Below, piece by piece: positions 1-15,000 of a DNA stretch of 64,000 nucleotides. The number at the start of each line of letters is the position of its first letter. The stretch's first letter is position 1. The stretch covers positions 110,670,001-110,734,000 of the forward strand of contig OZ024744.1 of the NCBI GenBank assembly GCA_964016885.1, read 5' to 3'. The position numbers and the translations under genes were made by a program. The DNA is from Eledone cirrhosa (Eukaryota). The notes under the pieces were generated by a model. That model saw only the letters and a list, made by a program, of their open reading frames with translations. It was not told the DNA's origin and searched no databases.

Positions 1-3000
1 ACTACACAATCCACTATAAATTACCTTGCTTTGAACACAGTAAAACTACACAATCCACTATAACTTAACTGGCACTGAACTCAGTAACACTACACAATCC
101 ACTATAACTTAACTGGCCCTGAACACAGTAAAACTGCACAATCCACTATAACTTAACTGGCCCTGAACACAGTAATACTACACAATCCACTATAACTTAC
201 TTTGCCCTGAACACAGTAAAGCAACATAATCCACTATAACCTACCTTGCCCTGATCACAGTAAAACTACACAATCCACTATAACTTATCTTGCACTGAAC
301 ACAGTAAAACTTCACAATCCACTATAACTTACCTTGCCCTGAACACAAATAAAACCACACAATCCACTATAAATTACCTTGCACTGAACACAGTAAAATT
401 ACACGATCCACTATAACTTACTTTGCCCTGAAAACAGTAAAACTACACAATCCACTATAAATTACCTTGCTCTGAACAGAGTAAAACTACACGATCCACT
501 ATAACTTAACTGGCCCTGAACAGTGTAAAACTACGTAATTCACTATACCTTACCTTGCCCTGAACACAGTAAAACTACACAATCCACTATAGCTTACATT
601 ACTCTGAACACAGTAAAACTACACAATCCACTATAAATTACCTTGTTCTGAACACAGTAAAACTACACAATCCACTATAGCTTACCTTGCCCTGAAAACA
701 GTAGAACTACACAATCCACTATAAATTACCTTGTTCTGAACACAGTAAAACTACACAATCCACTATAACGTACCTTGCTCTGAACACAGTAAAACTACAC
801 AATCCACTATAACTTACCTTGCACTGAACACAGTAAAACTACACAATCCACTATAAATTACCTTGCCCTGAACACAATAAAACTACACAATCCACTATAA
901 ATTACCTTGCCCTGAACACATTAAAACTACAAAAACCTCTATAAATTACCTTGCTCTGAACACAGTAAAACTTTATAATCCACTATAACTTAACTGGCCC
1001 TGAACACAGTAAAACTACACAATCCACTATAATTTAACTGGCCCTGAACACAGTAAAACTACACAATCCACTATAAGTTACCTTGCTCTGAACACAGTAA
1101 AACTACACAATCCACTATAACTTGACTGGCCCTGAACACAGTAAAACTACACAATCCACTATATCTTACCTTGCCTTGAACACAGTAAAACTACACAATC
1201 CACTATAACTTACATTGCCCTGAACACAATAAAACTACACAAACCACTATAAATTACCTTGCCCTGAACACAGTAAAACTACACAATCCACTATAAATTA
1301 CCTTGCCCTGAACACAGTAAAACTACACAATCCACTATAAATTACCTTGCTTTGAACACAGTAAAACTACACAATCCACTATAACTTAACTGGCACTGAA
1401 CTCAGTAACACTACACAATGCACTATAACTTAACTGGCCCTGAACACACTAAACTACAGAATCCACTATAACTTACCTTGATCTGAACAAAGGAAACTAT
1501 ACAATCCACTATAACTTAACTGGCCCTGAACACAATAAAATTACACAATCCACTATAACTTAACTGGCCCTGAACACAGTAATACTATACAATCCACTAT
1601 AACTTAACTGGCCCTGAACACACTAAACTACAGAATCCACCATAACTTACTTTGCTCTGAACAAAGGAAACTACACAATCCACTATAACTTAACTGGCCC
1701 TGAACACAGTAAAACTACACAATCCACTACAACTTAACTGGCCCTGAACACAGTAACACTAGACAATCCACTATAACTTAACTGGCCCTGAACACAGTAA
1801 AACTACACGATCCACTATAAGTTACCTTGCTCTGAACACAGTAAACCTACACAATCCACTATAACTTAACTAGCCCTGAACACAGTAAAACTACACAATC
1901 CACTATAACTTACCTTGCCCTGAACACAGTAAAACTACACAATCCACTATAACTTACCTTGCACTGAACACAGTAAAACTACACAATCCACTATAACTTA
2001 CCTTGCACTGAACACAGTAAAACTACACAATCCACTATAACTTACCTTGCCATGAACACAGTAAAACTACACAATCCACTATAACTTACCTTGCACTGAA
2101 CACAGTAAAACTACACAATCCACTATAACTTACCTTGCTCTGAACATAGTAAAACTACTCAATCCACTATAACTTACTTTGCCCTGAATACAGTAAAACT
2201 ACACAATCCACTATACCTTACCTTGCTCTGAACCCAGTAGAACTACACAATCCACTATACCTTACCTTGCACTGAACATAGTAAAACTACACAATCCACT
2301 ATACCTTACCTTGCACTGAACACAGTAAAACTACACAATCCACTATAACTTACCTTGCCCTGAACACAGTAAAACTACACAATCCACTATTACTTACTTT
2401 GCCCTGAACAGAATAAAACTACACGATCCACTATGAATTACCTTGCTCTGAACACAGTAAAACTACACAATCCACTATAACTTACGTTGCCCTGAACACA
2501 GTAAAACTACACAATCCACTATTACTTACCTTGCCCTGAACACAGTAATACTACACAATCCACTATAACTTACTTTGCCCTGAACACAGTAAAACTACAT
2601 AATCCACTATAACTTACTCCACTTGCCCTAAACACAGTAAAACTACACAATCCACTATAACTTATCTTGCACTGAACACAGTAAAACTTCACAATCCACT
2701 ATAACTTACCTTGCCCTGAACACAGTAAAACTACACTATCCACTATAAATTACCTTGCCCTGAACACAGTAAAACTACACAATCCACTATAACTTACTTT
2801 GCTCTGAACACAGTACAACTAGACAATCCACTATAACTTACATTGCCCTGAACACATTAAAACTACACAAACCACTATAAATTACCTTGCCCTGAACACA
2901 GTAATACTACACAATCCACTATAACTTAACTGGCCCTGAACACACTAAACTACAGAATCCACCATAACTTACCTTGCTCTGAACAAAGGAAACTACACAA

Positions 3001-6000
3001 TCCACTATAAGTTAACTGGCCCTGAACACAGTAAAACTACACAATCCACTACAACTTAACTGGCCCTGAACACAGTAAAAGTACACAATCCACTATAACT
3101 CAACTGGCCCTGAACACAGTAAAACTACACAATCCACTATAAGTTACCTTGCTCTGAACACAGTAAAACTACACAATCCACTATAACTTAACTGGCCCTG
3201 AACACAGTAAAACTACACAATCCACTATAACTTACCTTGCCCTGAACACAGTAAAACTACACAATCCACTATAACTTACCTTGCACTGAACACAGTAAAA
3301 CTACACAATCCACTATAACTTACCTTGCCCTGAACACAGTAAAACTACACAATCCACTATAAATTACCTTGCCCTGAACACAGTAAAACTACACAATCCA
3401 CTATAAATTACCTTGCCCTGAACACATTAAAACTACAAAAACCTCTATAAATTACCTTGCTCTAAACACAGTAAAACTTTATAATCCACTATAACTTAAC
3501 TGGCCCTGAACACAGTAAAACTACACAATCCACTATAATTTAACTGGCCCTGAACACAGTAAAACTACACAATCCACTATAAGTTACCTTGCTCTGAACA
3601 CAGTAAAACTACACAATCCACTATAATTTAACTGGCCCTGAACACAGTAAAACTACACAATCCACTATAAGTTACCTTGCTCTGAACACAGTAAAACTAC
3701 ACAATCCACTATAACTTGACTGGCCCTGAACACAGTAAAACTACACAATCCACTATATCTTACCTTGCCTTGAACACAGTAAAACTACACAATCCACTAT
3801 AACTTACATTGCCCTGAACACAATAAAACTACACAAACCACTATAAATTACCTTGCCCTGAACACAGTAAAACTACACAATCCACTATAAATTACCTTGC
3901 CCTGAACACAGTAAAACTACACAATCCACTATAAATTACCTTGCTTTGAACACAGTAAAACTACACAATCCACTATAACTTAACTGGCACTGAACTCAGT
4001 AACACTACACAATCCACTATAACTTAACTGGCCCTGAACACAGTAAAACTGCACAATCCACTATAACTTAACTGGCCCTGAACACAGTAATACTACACAA
4101 TCCACTATAACTTACTTTGCCCTGAACACAGTAAAGCAACATAATCCACTATAACCTACCTTGCCCTGATCACAGTAAAACTACACAATCCACTATAACT
4201 TATCTTGCACTGAACACAGTAAAACTTCACAATCCACTATAACTTACCTTGCCCTGAACACAGTAAAACCACACAATCCACTATAAATTACCTTGCACTG
4301 AACACAGTAAAATTACACGATCCACTATAACTTACTTTGCCCTGAAAACAGTAAAACTACACAATCCACTATAAATTACCTTGCTCTGAACAGAGTAAAA
4401 CTACACGATCCACTATAACTTAACTGGCCCTGAACAGTGTAAAACTACGTAATTCACTATACCTTACCTTGCCCTGAACACAGTAAAACTACACAATCCA
4501 CTATAGCTTACATTACTCTGAACACAGTAAAACTACACAATCCACTATAAATTACCTTGTTCTGAACACAGTAAAACTACACAATCCACTATAGCTTACC
4601 TTGCCCTGAAAACAGTAGAACTACACAATCCACTATAAATTACCTTGTTCTGAACACAGTAAAACTACACAATCCACTATAACGTACCTTGCTCTGAACA
4701 CAGTAAAACTACACAATCCACTATAACTTACCTTGCACTGAACACAGTAAAACTACACAATCCACTATAAATTACCTTGCCCTGAACACAATAAAACTAC
4801 ACAATCCACTATAAATTACCTTGCCCTGAACACATTAAAACTACAAAAACCTCTATAAATTACCTTGCTCTGAACACAGTAAAACTTTATAATCCACTAT
4901 AACTTAACTGGCCCTGAACACAGTAAAACTACACAATCCACTATAATTTAACTGGCCCTGAACACAGTAAAACTACACAATCCACTATAAGTTACCTTGC
5001 TCTGAACACAGTAAAACTACACAATCCACTATAACTTGACTGGCCCTGAACACAGTAAAACTACACAATCCACTATATCTTACCTTGCCTTGAACACAGT
5101 AAAACTACACAATCCACTATAACTTACATTGCCCTGAACACAATAAAACTACACAAACCACTATAAATTACCTTGCCCTGAACACAGTAAAACTACACAA
5201 TCCACTATAAATTACCTTGCCCTGAACACAGTAAAACTACACAATCCACTATAAATTACCTTGCTTTGAACACAGTAAAACTACACAATCCACTATAACT
5301 TAACTGGCACTGAACTCAGTAACACTACACAATGCACTATAACTTAACTGGCCCTGAACACACTAAACTACAGAATCCACTATAACTTACCTTGATCTGA
5401 ACAAAGGAAACTATACAATCCACTATAACTGAACTGGCCCTTAACACAGTAAAACTACACAATCCACTATAACTTAACTGGCCCTGAACACAATAAAATT
5501 ACACAATCCACTATAACTTAACTGGCCCTGAACACAGTAATACTATACAATCCACTATAACTTAACTGGCCCTGAACACACTAAACTACAGAATCCACCA
5601 TAACTTACCTTGCTCTGAACAAAGGAAACTACACAATCCACTATAACTTAACTGGCCCTGAACACAGTAAAACTACACAATCCACTACAACTTAACTGGC
5701 CCTGAACACAGTAACACTAGACAATCCACTATAACTTAACTGGCCCTGAACACAGTAAAACTACACGATCCACTATAAGTTACCTTGCTCTGAACACAGT
5801 AAACCTACACAATCCACTATAACTTAACTAGCCCTGAACACAGTAAAACTACACAATCCACTATAACTTACCTTGCCCTGAACACAGTAAAACTACACAA
5901 TCCACTATAACTTACCTTGCACTGAACACAGTAAAACTACACAATCCACTATAACTTACCTTGCACTGAACACAGTAAAACTACACAATCCACTATAACT

Positions 6001-9000
6001 TACCTTGCCATGAACACAGTAAAACTACACAATCCACTATAACTTACCTTGCACTGAACACAGTAAAACTACACAATCCACTATAACTTACCTTGCTCTG
6101 AACATAGTAAAACTACTCAATCCACTATAACTTACTTTGCCCTGAATACAGTAAAACTACACAATCCACTATACCTTACCTTGCTCTGAACCCAGTAGAA
6201 CTACACAATCCACTATACCTTACCTTGCACTGAACATAGTAAAACTACACAATCCACTATACCTTACCTTGCACTGAACACAGTAAAACTACACAATCCA
6301 CTATAACTTACCTTGCCCTGAACACAGTAAAACTACACAATCCACTATTACTTACTTTGCCCTGAACAGAATAAAACTACACGATCCACTATGAATTACC
6401 TTGCTCTGAACACAGTAAAACTACACAATCCACTATAACTTACGTTGCCCTGAACACAGTAAAACTACACAATCCACTATTACTTACCTTGCCCTGAACA
6501 CAGTAATACTACACAATCCACTATAACTTACTTTGCCCTGAACACAGTAAAACTACATAATCCACTATAACTTACTCCACTTGCCCTAAACACAGTAAAA
6601 CTACACAATCCACTATAACTTATCTTGCACTGAACACAGTAAAACTTCACAATCCACTATAACTTACCTTGCCCTGAACACAGTAAAACTACACTATCCA
6701 CTATAAATTACCTTGCTCTGAACACAGTAAAACTACACAATCCACTATAACTTAACTGGCCCTGAACACAGTAAAACTACACAATCCACTATAACTTACC
6801 TTGCCCTGAACACAGTAAAACTACACAATCCACTATAACTTACCTTGCACTGAACACAGTAAAACTACACAATCCACTATAACTTACCTTGCCCTGAACA
6901 CAGTAAAACTACACAATCCACTATAAATTACCTTGCCCTGAACACAGTAAAACTACACAATCCACTATAAATTACCTTGCCCTGAACACATTAAAACTAC
7001 AAAAACCTCTATAAATTACCTTGCTCTAAACACAGTAAAACTTTATAATCCACTATAACTTAACTGGCCCTGAACACAGTAAAACTACACAATCCACTAT
7101 AATTTAACTGGCCCTGAACACAGTAAAACTACACAATCCACTATAAGTTACCTTGCTCTGAACACAGTAAAACTACACAATCCACTATAACTTGACTGGC
7201 CCTGAACACAGTAAAACTACACAATCCACTATAACTTACATTGCCCTGAACACAATAAAACTACACAAACCACTATAAATTACCTTGCCCTGAACACAGT
7301 AAAACTACACAATCCACTATAAATTACCTTGCCCTGAACACAGTAAAACTACACAATCCACTATAAATTACCTTGCTTTGAACACAGTAAAACTACACAA
7401 TCCACTATAACTTAACTGGCACTGAACTCAGTAACACTACACAATCCACTATAACTTAACTGGCCCTGAACACAGTAAAACTGCACAATCCACTATAACT
7501 TAACTGGCCCTGAACACAGTAATACTACACAATCCACTATAACTTACTTTGCCCTGAACACAGTAAAGCAACATAATCCACTATAACCTACCTTGCCCTG
7601 ATCACAGTAAAACTACACAATCCACTATAACTTATCTTGCACTGAACACAGTAAAACTTCACAATCCACTATAACTTACCTTGCCCTGAACACAGTAAAA
7701 CCACACAATCCACTATAAATTACCTTGCACTGAACACAGTAAAATTACACGATCCACTATAACTTACTTTGCCCTGAAAACAGTAAAACTACACAATCCA
7801 CTATAAATTACCTTGCTCTGAACAGAGTAAAACTACACGATCCACTATAACTTAACTGGCCCTGAACAGTGTAAAACTACGTAATCCACTATAACTTACC
7901 TTGCCCTGAACACAGTAAAACTACACAATCCACTATAGCTTACATTACTCTGAACACAGTAATACTACACAATCCACTATAAATTACCTTGTTCTGAACA
8001 CAGTAAAACTACACAATCCACTATAGCTTACCTTGCCCTGAAAACAGTAGAACTACACAATCCACTATAAATTACCTTGTTCTGAACACAGTAAAACTAC
8101 ACAATCCACTATAACGTACCTTGCTCTGAACACAGTAAAACTACACAATCCACTATAACTTACCTTGCACTGAACACAGTAAAACTACACAATCCACTAT
8201 AAATTACCTTGCCCTGAACACAATAAAACTACACAATCCACTATAAATTACCTTGCCCTGAACACATTAAAACTACAAAAACCTCTATAAATTACCTTGC
8301 TCTAAACACAGTAAAACTTTATAATCCACTATAACTTAACTGGCCCTGAACACAGTAAAACTACACAATCCTCTATAATTTAACTGGCCCTGAACACAGT
8401 AAAACTACACAATCCACTATAAGTTACCTTGCTCTGAACACAGTAAAACTACACAATCCACTATAACTTGACTGGCCCTGAACACAGTAAAACTACACAA
8501 TCCACTATATCTTACCTTGCCTTGAACACAGTAAAACTACACAATCCACTATAACTTACATTGCCCTGAACACAATAAAACTACACAAACCACTATAAAT
8601 TACCTTGCCCTGAACACAGTAAAACTACACAATCCACTATAAATTACCTTGCCCTGAACACAGTAAAACTACACAATCCACTATAAATTACCTTGCTTTG
8701 AACACAGTAAAACTACACAATCCACTATAACTTAACTGGCACTGAACTCAGTAACACTACACAATGCACTATAACTTAACTGGCCCTGAACACACTAAAC
8801 TACAGAATCCACTATAACTTACCTTGATCTGAACAAAGGAAACTATACAATCCACTATAACTGAACTGGCCCTTAACACAGTAAAACTACACAATCCACT
8901 ATAACTTAACTGGCCCTGAACACAATAAAATTACACAATCCACTATAACTTAACTGGCCCTGAACACAGTAATACTATACAATCCACTATAAGTTAACTG

Positions 9001-12000
9001 GCCCTGAACACACTAAACTACAGAATCCACCATAACTTACCTTGCTCTGAACAAAGGAAACTACACAATCCACTATAACTTAACTGGCCCTGAACACAGT
9101 AAAACTACACAATCCACTACAACTTAACTGGCCCTGAACACAGTAACACTAGACAATCCACTATAACTTAACTGGCCCTGAACACAGTAAAACTACACGA
9201 TCCACTATAAGTTACCTTGCTCTGAACACAGTAAACCTACACAATCCACTATAACTTAACTAGCCCTGAACACAGTAAAACTACACAATCCACTATAACT
9301 TACCTTGCCCTGAACACAGTAAAACTACACAATCCACTATAACTTACCTTGCACTGAACACAGTAAAACTACACAATCCACTATAACTTACCTTGCACTG
9401 AACACAGTAAAACTACACAATCCACTATAACTTACCTTGCCATGAACACAGTAAAACTACACAATCCACTATAACTTACCTTGCACTGAACACAGTAAAA
9501 CTACACAATCCACTATAACTTACCTTGCTCTGAACATAGTAAAACTACTCAATCCACTATAACTTACTTTGCCCTGAATACAGTAAAACTACACAATCCA
9601 CTATACCTTACCTTGCTCTGAACCCAGTAGAACTACACAATCCACTATACCTTACCTTGCACTGAACATAGTAAAACTACACAATCCACTATACCTTACC
9701 TTGCACTGAACACAGTAAAACTACACAATCCACTATAACTTACCTTGCCCTGAACACAGTAAAACTACACAATCCACTATTACTTACTTTGCCCTGAACA
9801 GAATAAAACTACACGATCCACTATGAATTACCTTGCTCTGAACACAGTAAAACTACACAATCCACTATAACTTACGTTGCCCTGAACACAGTAAAACTAC
9901 ACAATCCACTATTACTTACCTTGCCCTGAACACAGTAATACTACACAATCCACTATAACTTACTTTGCCCTGAACACAGTAAAACTACATAATCCACTAT
10001 AACTTACTCCACTTGCCCTAAACACAGTAAAACTACACAATCCACTATAACTTATCTTGCACTGAACACAGTAAAACTTCACAATCCACTATAACTTACC
10101 TTGCCCTGAACACAGTAAAACTACACTATCCACTATAAATTACCTTGCCCTGAACACAGTAAAACTACACAATCCACTATAACTTACTTTGCTCTGAACA
10201 CAGTACAACTAGACAATCCACTATAACTTACATTGCCCTGAACACATTAAAACTACACAAACCACTATAAATTACCTTGCCCTGAACACAGTAATACTAC
10301 ACAATCCACTATAACTTAACTGGCCCTGAACACACTAAACTACAGAATCCACCATAACTTACCTTGCTCTGAACAAAGGAAACTACACAATCCACTATAA
10401 GTTAACTGGCCCTGAACACAGTAAAACTACACAATCCACTACAACTTAACTGGCCCTGAACACAGTAAAAGTACACAATCCACTATAACTCAACTGGCCC
10501 TGAACACAGTAAAACTACACAATCCACTATAAGTTACCTTGCTCTGAACACAGTAAAACTACACAATCCACTATAACTTAACTGGCCCTGAACACAGTAA
10601 AACTACACAATCCACTATAACTTACCTTGCCCTGAACACAGTAAAACTACACAATCCACTATAACTTACCTTGCACTGAACACAGTAAAACTACACAATC
10701 CACTATAACTTACCTTGCCCTGAACACAGTAAAACTACACAATCCACTATAACTTACCTTGCATTGAACACAGTAAAACTACACAATCCACTATAACTTA
10801 CTTTGCCCTGAACACATTAAAACTACACAAACCACTATAAATTACCTTGCTCTAAACACAGTAAAACTTTATAATCCACTATAATTTAACTGGCCCTGAA
10901 CACATAAAACTACACGATCCACTATAATTTAACTGGCCCTGAACACAGTAAAACTACACAATCCACTATAAGTTACCTTGCACTGAACACAGTAATACTA
11001 CACAATCCACTATAACTTACTTTGCCCTGAACACAGTAAAGCAACATAATCCACTATAACCTACCTTGCCCTGATCACAGTAAAACTACACAATCCACTA
11101 TAACTTATCTTGCACTGAACACAGTAAAACTTCACAATCCACTATAACTTACCTTGCCCTGAACACAGTAAAACCACACAATCCACTATAAATTACCTTG
11201 CACTGAACACAGTAAAATTACACGATCCACTATAACTTACTTTGCCCTGAAAACAGTAAAACTAAACAATCCACTATAAATTACCTTGCTCTGAACAGAG
11301 TAAAACTACACGATCCACTATAACTTAACTGGCCCTGAACAGTGTAAAACTACGTAATCCACTATACCTTACCTTGCCCTGAACACAGTAAAACTACACA
11401 ATCCACTATAGCTTACATTACTCTGAACACAGTAAAACTACACAATCCACTATAAATTACCTTGTTCTGAACACAGTAAAACTACACAATCCACTATAGC
11501 TTACCTTGCCCTGAAAACAGTAAAACTACACAATCCACTATAACTTACCTTGCACTGAACACAGTAAAACTACACAATCCACTATAAATTACCTTGCCCT
11601 GAACACAATAAAACTACACAATCCACTATAAATTACCTTGCCCTGAACACATTAAAACTACAAAAACCACTATAAATTACCTTGCTCTAAACACAGTAAA
11701 ACTTTATAATCCACTATAACTTAACTGGCCCTGAACACAGTAAAACTACACAATCCACTATAATTTAACTGGCCCTGAACACAGTAAAACTACATAATCC
11801 ACTATAAGTTACCTTGCTCTGAACACAGTAAAACTACACAATCCACTATAACTTGACTGGCCCTGAACACAGTAAAACTACACAATCCACTATATCTTAC
11901 CTTGCCTTGAACACAGTAAAACTACACAATCCACTATAACTTACATTGCCCTGAACACAATAAAACTACACAAACCACTATAAATTACCTTGCCCTGAAC

Positions 12001-15000
12001 ACAGTAAAACTACACAATCCACTATAAATTACCTTGCCCTGAACACAGTAAAACTACACAATCCACTATAAATTACCTTGCTTTGAACACAGTAAAACTA
12101 CACAATCCACTATAACTTAACTGGCACTGAACTCAGTAAAACTACACAATCCACTATAACTTAACTGGCCCTGAACACACTAAACTACAGAATCCACTAT
12201 AACTTACCTTGATCTGAACAAAGGAAACTATACAATCCACTATAACTGAACTGGCCCTTAACACAGTAAAACTACACAATCCACTATAACTTAACTGGCC
12301 CTGAACACAATAAAATTACACAATCCACTATAACTTAACTGGCCCTGAACACAGTAATACTATACAATCCACTATAACTTAACTGGCCCTGAACACACTA
12401 AACTACAGAATCCACCATAACTTACCTTGCTCTGAACAAAGGAAACTACACAATCCACTATAACTTAACTGGCCCTGAACACAGTAAAACTACACAATCC
12501 ACTACAACTTAACTGGCCCTGAACACAGTAACACTAGACAATCCACTATAACTTAACTGGCCCTGAACACAGTAAAACTACACGATCCACTATAAGTTGC
12601 CTTGCTCTGAACACAGTAAACCTACACAATCCACTATAACTTAACTGGCCCTGAACACAGTAAAACTACACAATCCACTATAACTTACCTTGCCCTGAAC
12701 ACAGTAAAACTACACAATCCACTATAACTTACCTTGCACTGAACACAGTAAAACTACACAATCCACTATAACTTACCTTGCACTGAACACAGTAAAACTA
12801 CACAATCCACTATAACTTACCTTGCCATGAACACAGTAAAACTACACAATCCACTATAACTTACCTTGCACTGAACACAGTAAAACTACACAATCCACTA
12901 TAACTTACCTTGCTCTGAACATAGTAAAACTACTCAATCCACTATAACTTACTTTGCCCTGAATACAGTAAAACTACACAATCCACTATACCTTACCTTG
13001 CTCTGAACCCAGTAGAACTACACAATCCACTATACCTTACCTTGCACTGAACACAGTAAAACTACACAATCCACTATACCTTACCTTGCACTGAACACAG
13101 TAAAACTACACAATCCACTATAACTTACCTTGCCCTGAACACAGTAAAACTACACAATCCACTATTACTTACTTTGCCCTGAACAGAATAAAACTACACG
13201 ATCCACTATGAATTACCTTGCTCTGAACACAGTAAAACTACACAATCCACTATAACTTACGTTGCCCTGAACACAGTAAAACTACACAATCCACTATTAC
13301 TTACCTTGCCCTGAACACAGTAATACTACACAATCCACTATAACTTACTTTGCCCTGAACACAGTAAAACTACATAATCCACTATAACTTACTCCACTTG
13401 CCCTAAACACAGTAAAACTACACAATCCACTATAACTTATCTTGCACTGAACACAGTAAAACTTCACAATCCACTATAACTTACCTTGCCCTGAACACAG
13501 TAAAACTACACTATCCACTATAAATTACCTTGCCCTGAACACAGTAAAACTACACAATCCACTATAACTTACTTTGCTCTGAACACAGTACAACTAGACA
13601 ATCCACTATAACTTACATTGCCCTGAACACATTAAAACTACACAAACCACTATAAATTACCTTGCCCTGAACACAGTAATACTACACAATCCACTATAAC
13701 TTAACTGGCCCTGAACACACTAAACTACAGAATCCACCATAACTTACCTTGCTCTGAACAAAGGAAACTACACAATCCACTATAAGTTAACTGGCCCTGA
13801 ACACAGTAAAACTACACAATCCACTACAACTTAACTGGCCCTGAACACAGTAAAAGTACACAATCCACTATAACTCAACTGGCCCTGAACACAGTAAAAC
13901 TACACAATCCAATCTAAGTTACCTTGCTCTGAACACAGTAAAACTACACAATCCACTATAACTTAACTGGCCCTGAACACAGTAAAACTACACAATCCAC
14001 TATAACTTACCTTGCCCTGAACACAGTAAAACTACACAATCCACTATAACTTACCTTGCACTGAACACAGTAAAACTACACAATCCACTATAACTTACCT
14101 TGCCCTGAACACAGTAAAACTACACAATCCACTATAACTTACCTTGCCCTGAACACAGTAAAACTACACAATCCACTATAACTTACCTTGCACTGAACAC
14201 AGTAAAACTACACAATCCACTATAACTTACTTTGCCCTGAACACATTAAAACTACACAAACCACTATAAATTACGTTGCTCTAAACACAGTAAAACTTTA
14301 TAATCCACTATAACTTAACTGGCCCTGAACACATAAAACTACACGATCCACTATAATTTAACTGGCCCTGAACACAGTAAAACTACACAATCCACTATAA
14401 GTTACCTTGCTCTGAACACAGTAAAACTACACAATCCACTATAACTTAACTGGCCCTGAACACAGTAAAACTACACTATCCACTATAACTTACATGCCCT
14501 GAACACAGTAAAACTACACAAACCACTATAAATTACCTTGCCCTGAACACGGTAAAACTACACAATCCACTATAATTAACCTTGCCCTGAACACAGTAAA
14601 ACTACACAATCCACTATAACTTACTTTGCCCTGAACACAGTAAAATTACACAATCCACTATAAATTACCTTACCCTGAACACACTAAAACTACACAATCC
14701 ACAATAACTTAACTGGCCCTGAACACAGTAAAACTACACAATCCACTATAACTGAACTGGCCCTGAACAGAGTAAAACTACACAATCCACTATAACTTAA
14801 CTGGCCTTGAACACAATAAAACTACACAATCCACTATAACTTACCTTGCCCTGAACACAGTAATACTACACAATCCACTATAACTTACTTTGCCCTGAAC
14901 ACAGTAAAGCAACATAATCCACTATAACCTACCTTGCCCTGATCACAGTAAAACTACACAATCCACTATAACTTATCTTGCACTGAACACAGTAAAACTT

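Noticed and set aside
11-22. TATAAA / TATAA TATA-box-like motif in each monomer
   Set aside because: A short AT-rich match repeated as part of the satellite, with no downstream gene or other promoter evidence.
1-176. Four monomers = 176 bp as a nucleosome-phasing or centromere signal
   Set aside because: Numerical coincidence only. No tetramer periodicity of variants or CENP-B box was seen; it would need MNase or CENP-A data.
341-360. 45-bp monomer GAACACAAATAAAACC unique to the first HOR copy
   Set aside because: A singleton indel next to a homopolymer that is absent from sister copies (e.g. 4256-4270); it cannot be told apart from a sequencing or consensus error.
2626-2632. CCCTAAA plant-type telomere motif (and CCTAA-like pentamers elsewhere)
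   Set aside because: Single isolated copies produced by a G-to-A change in CCCTGAA; never tandem.
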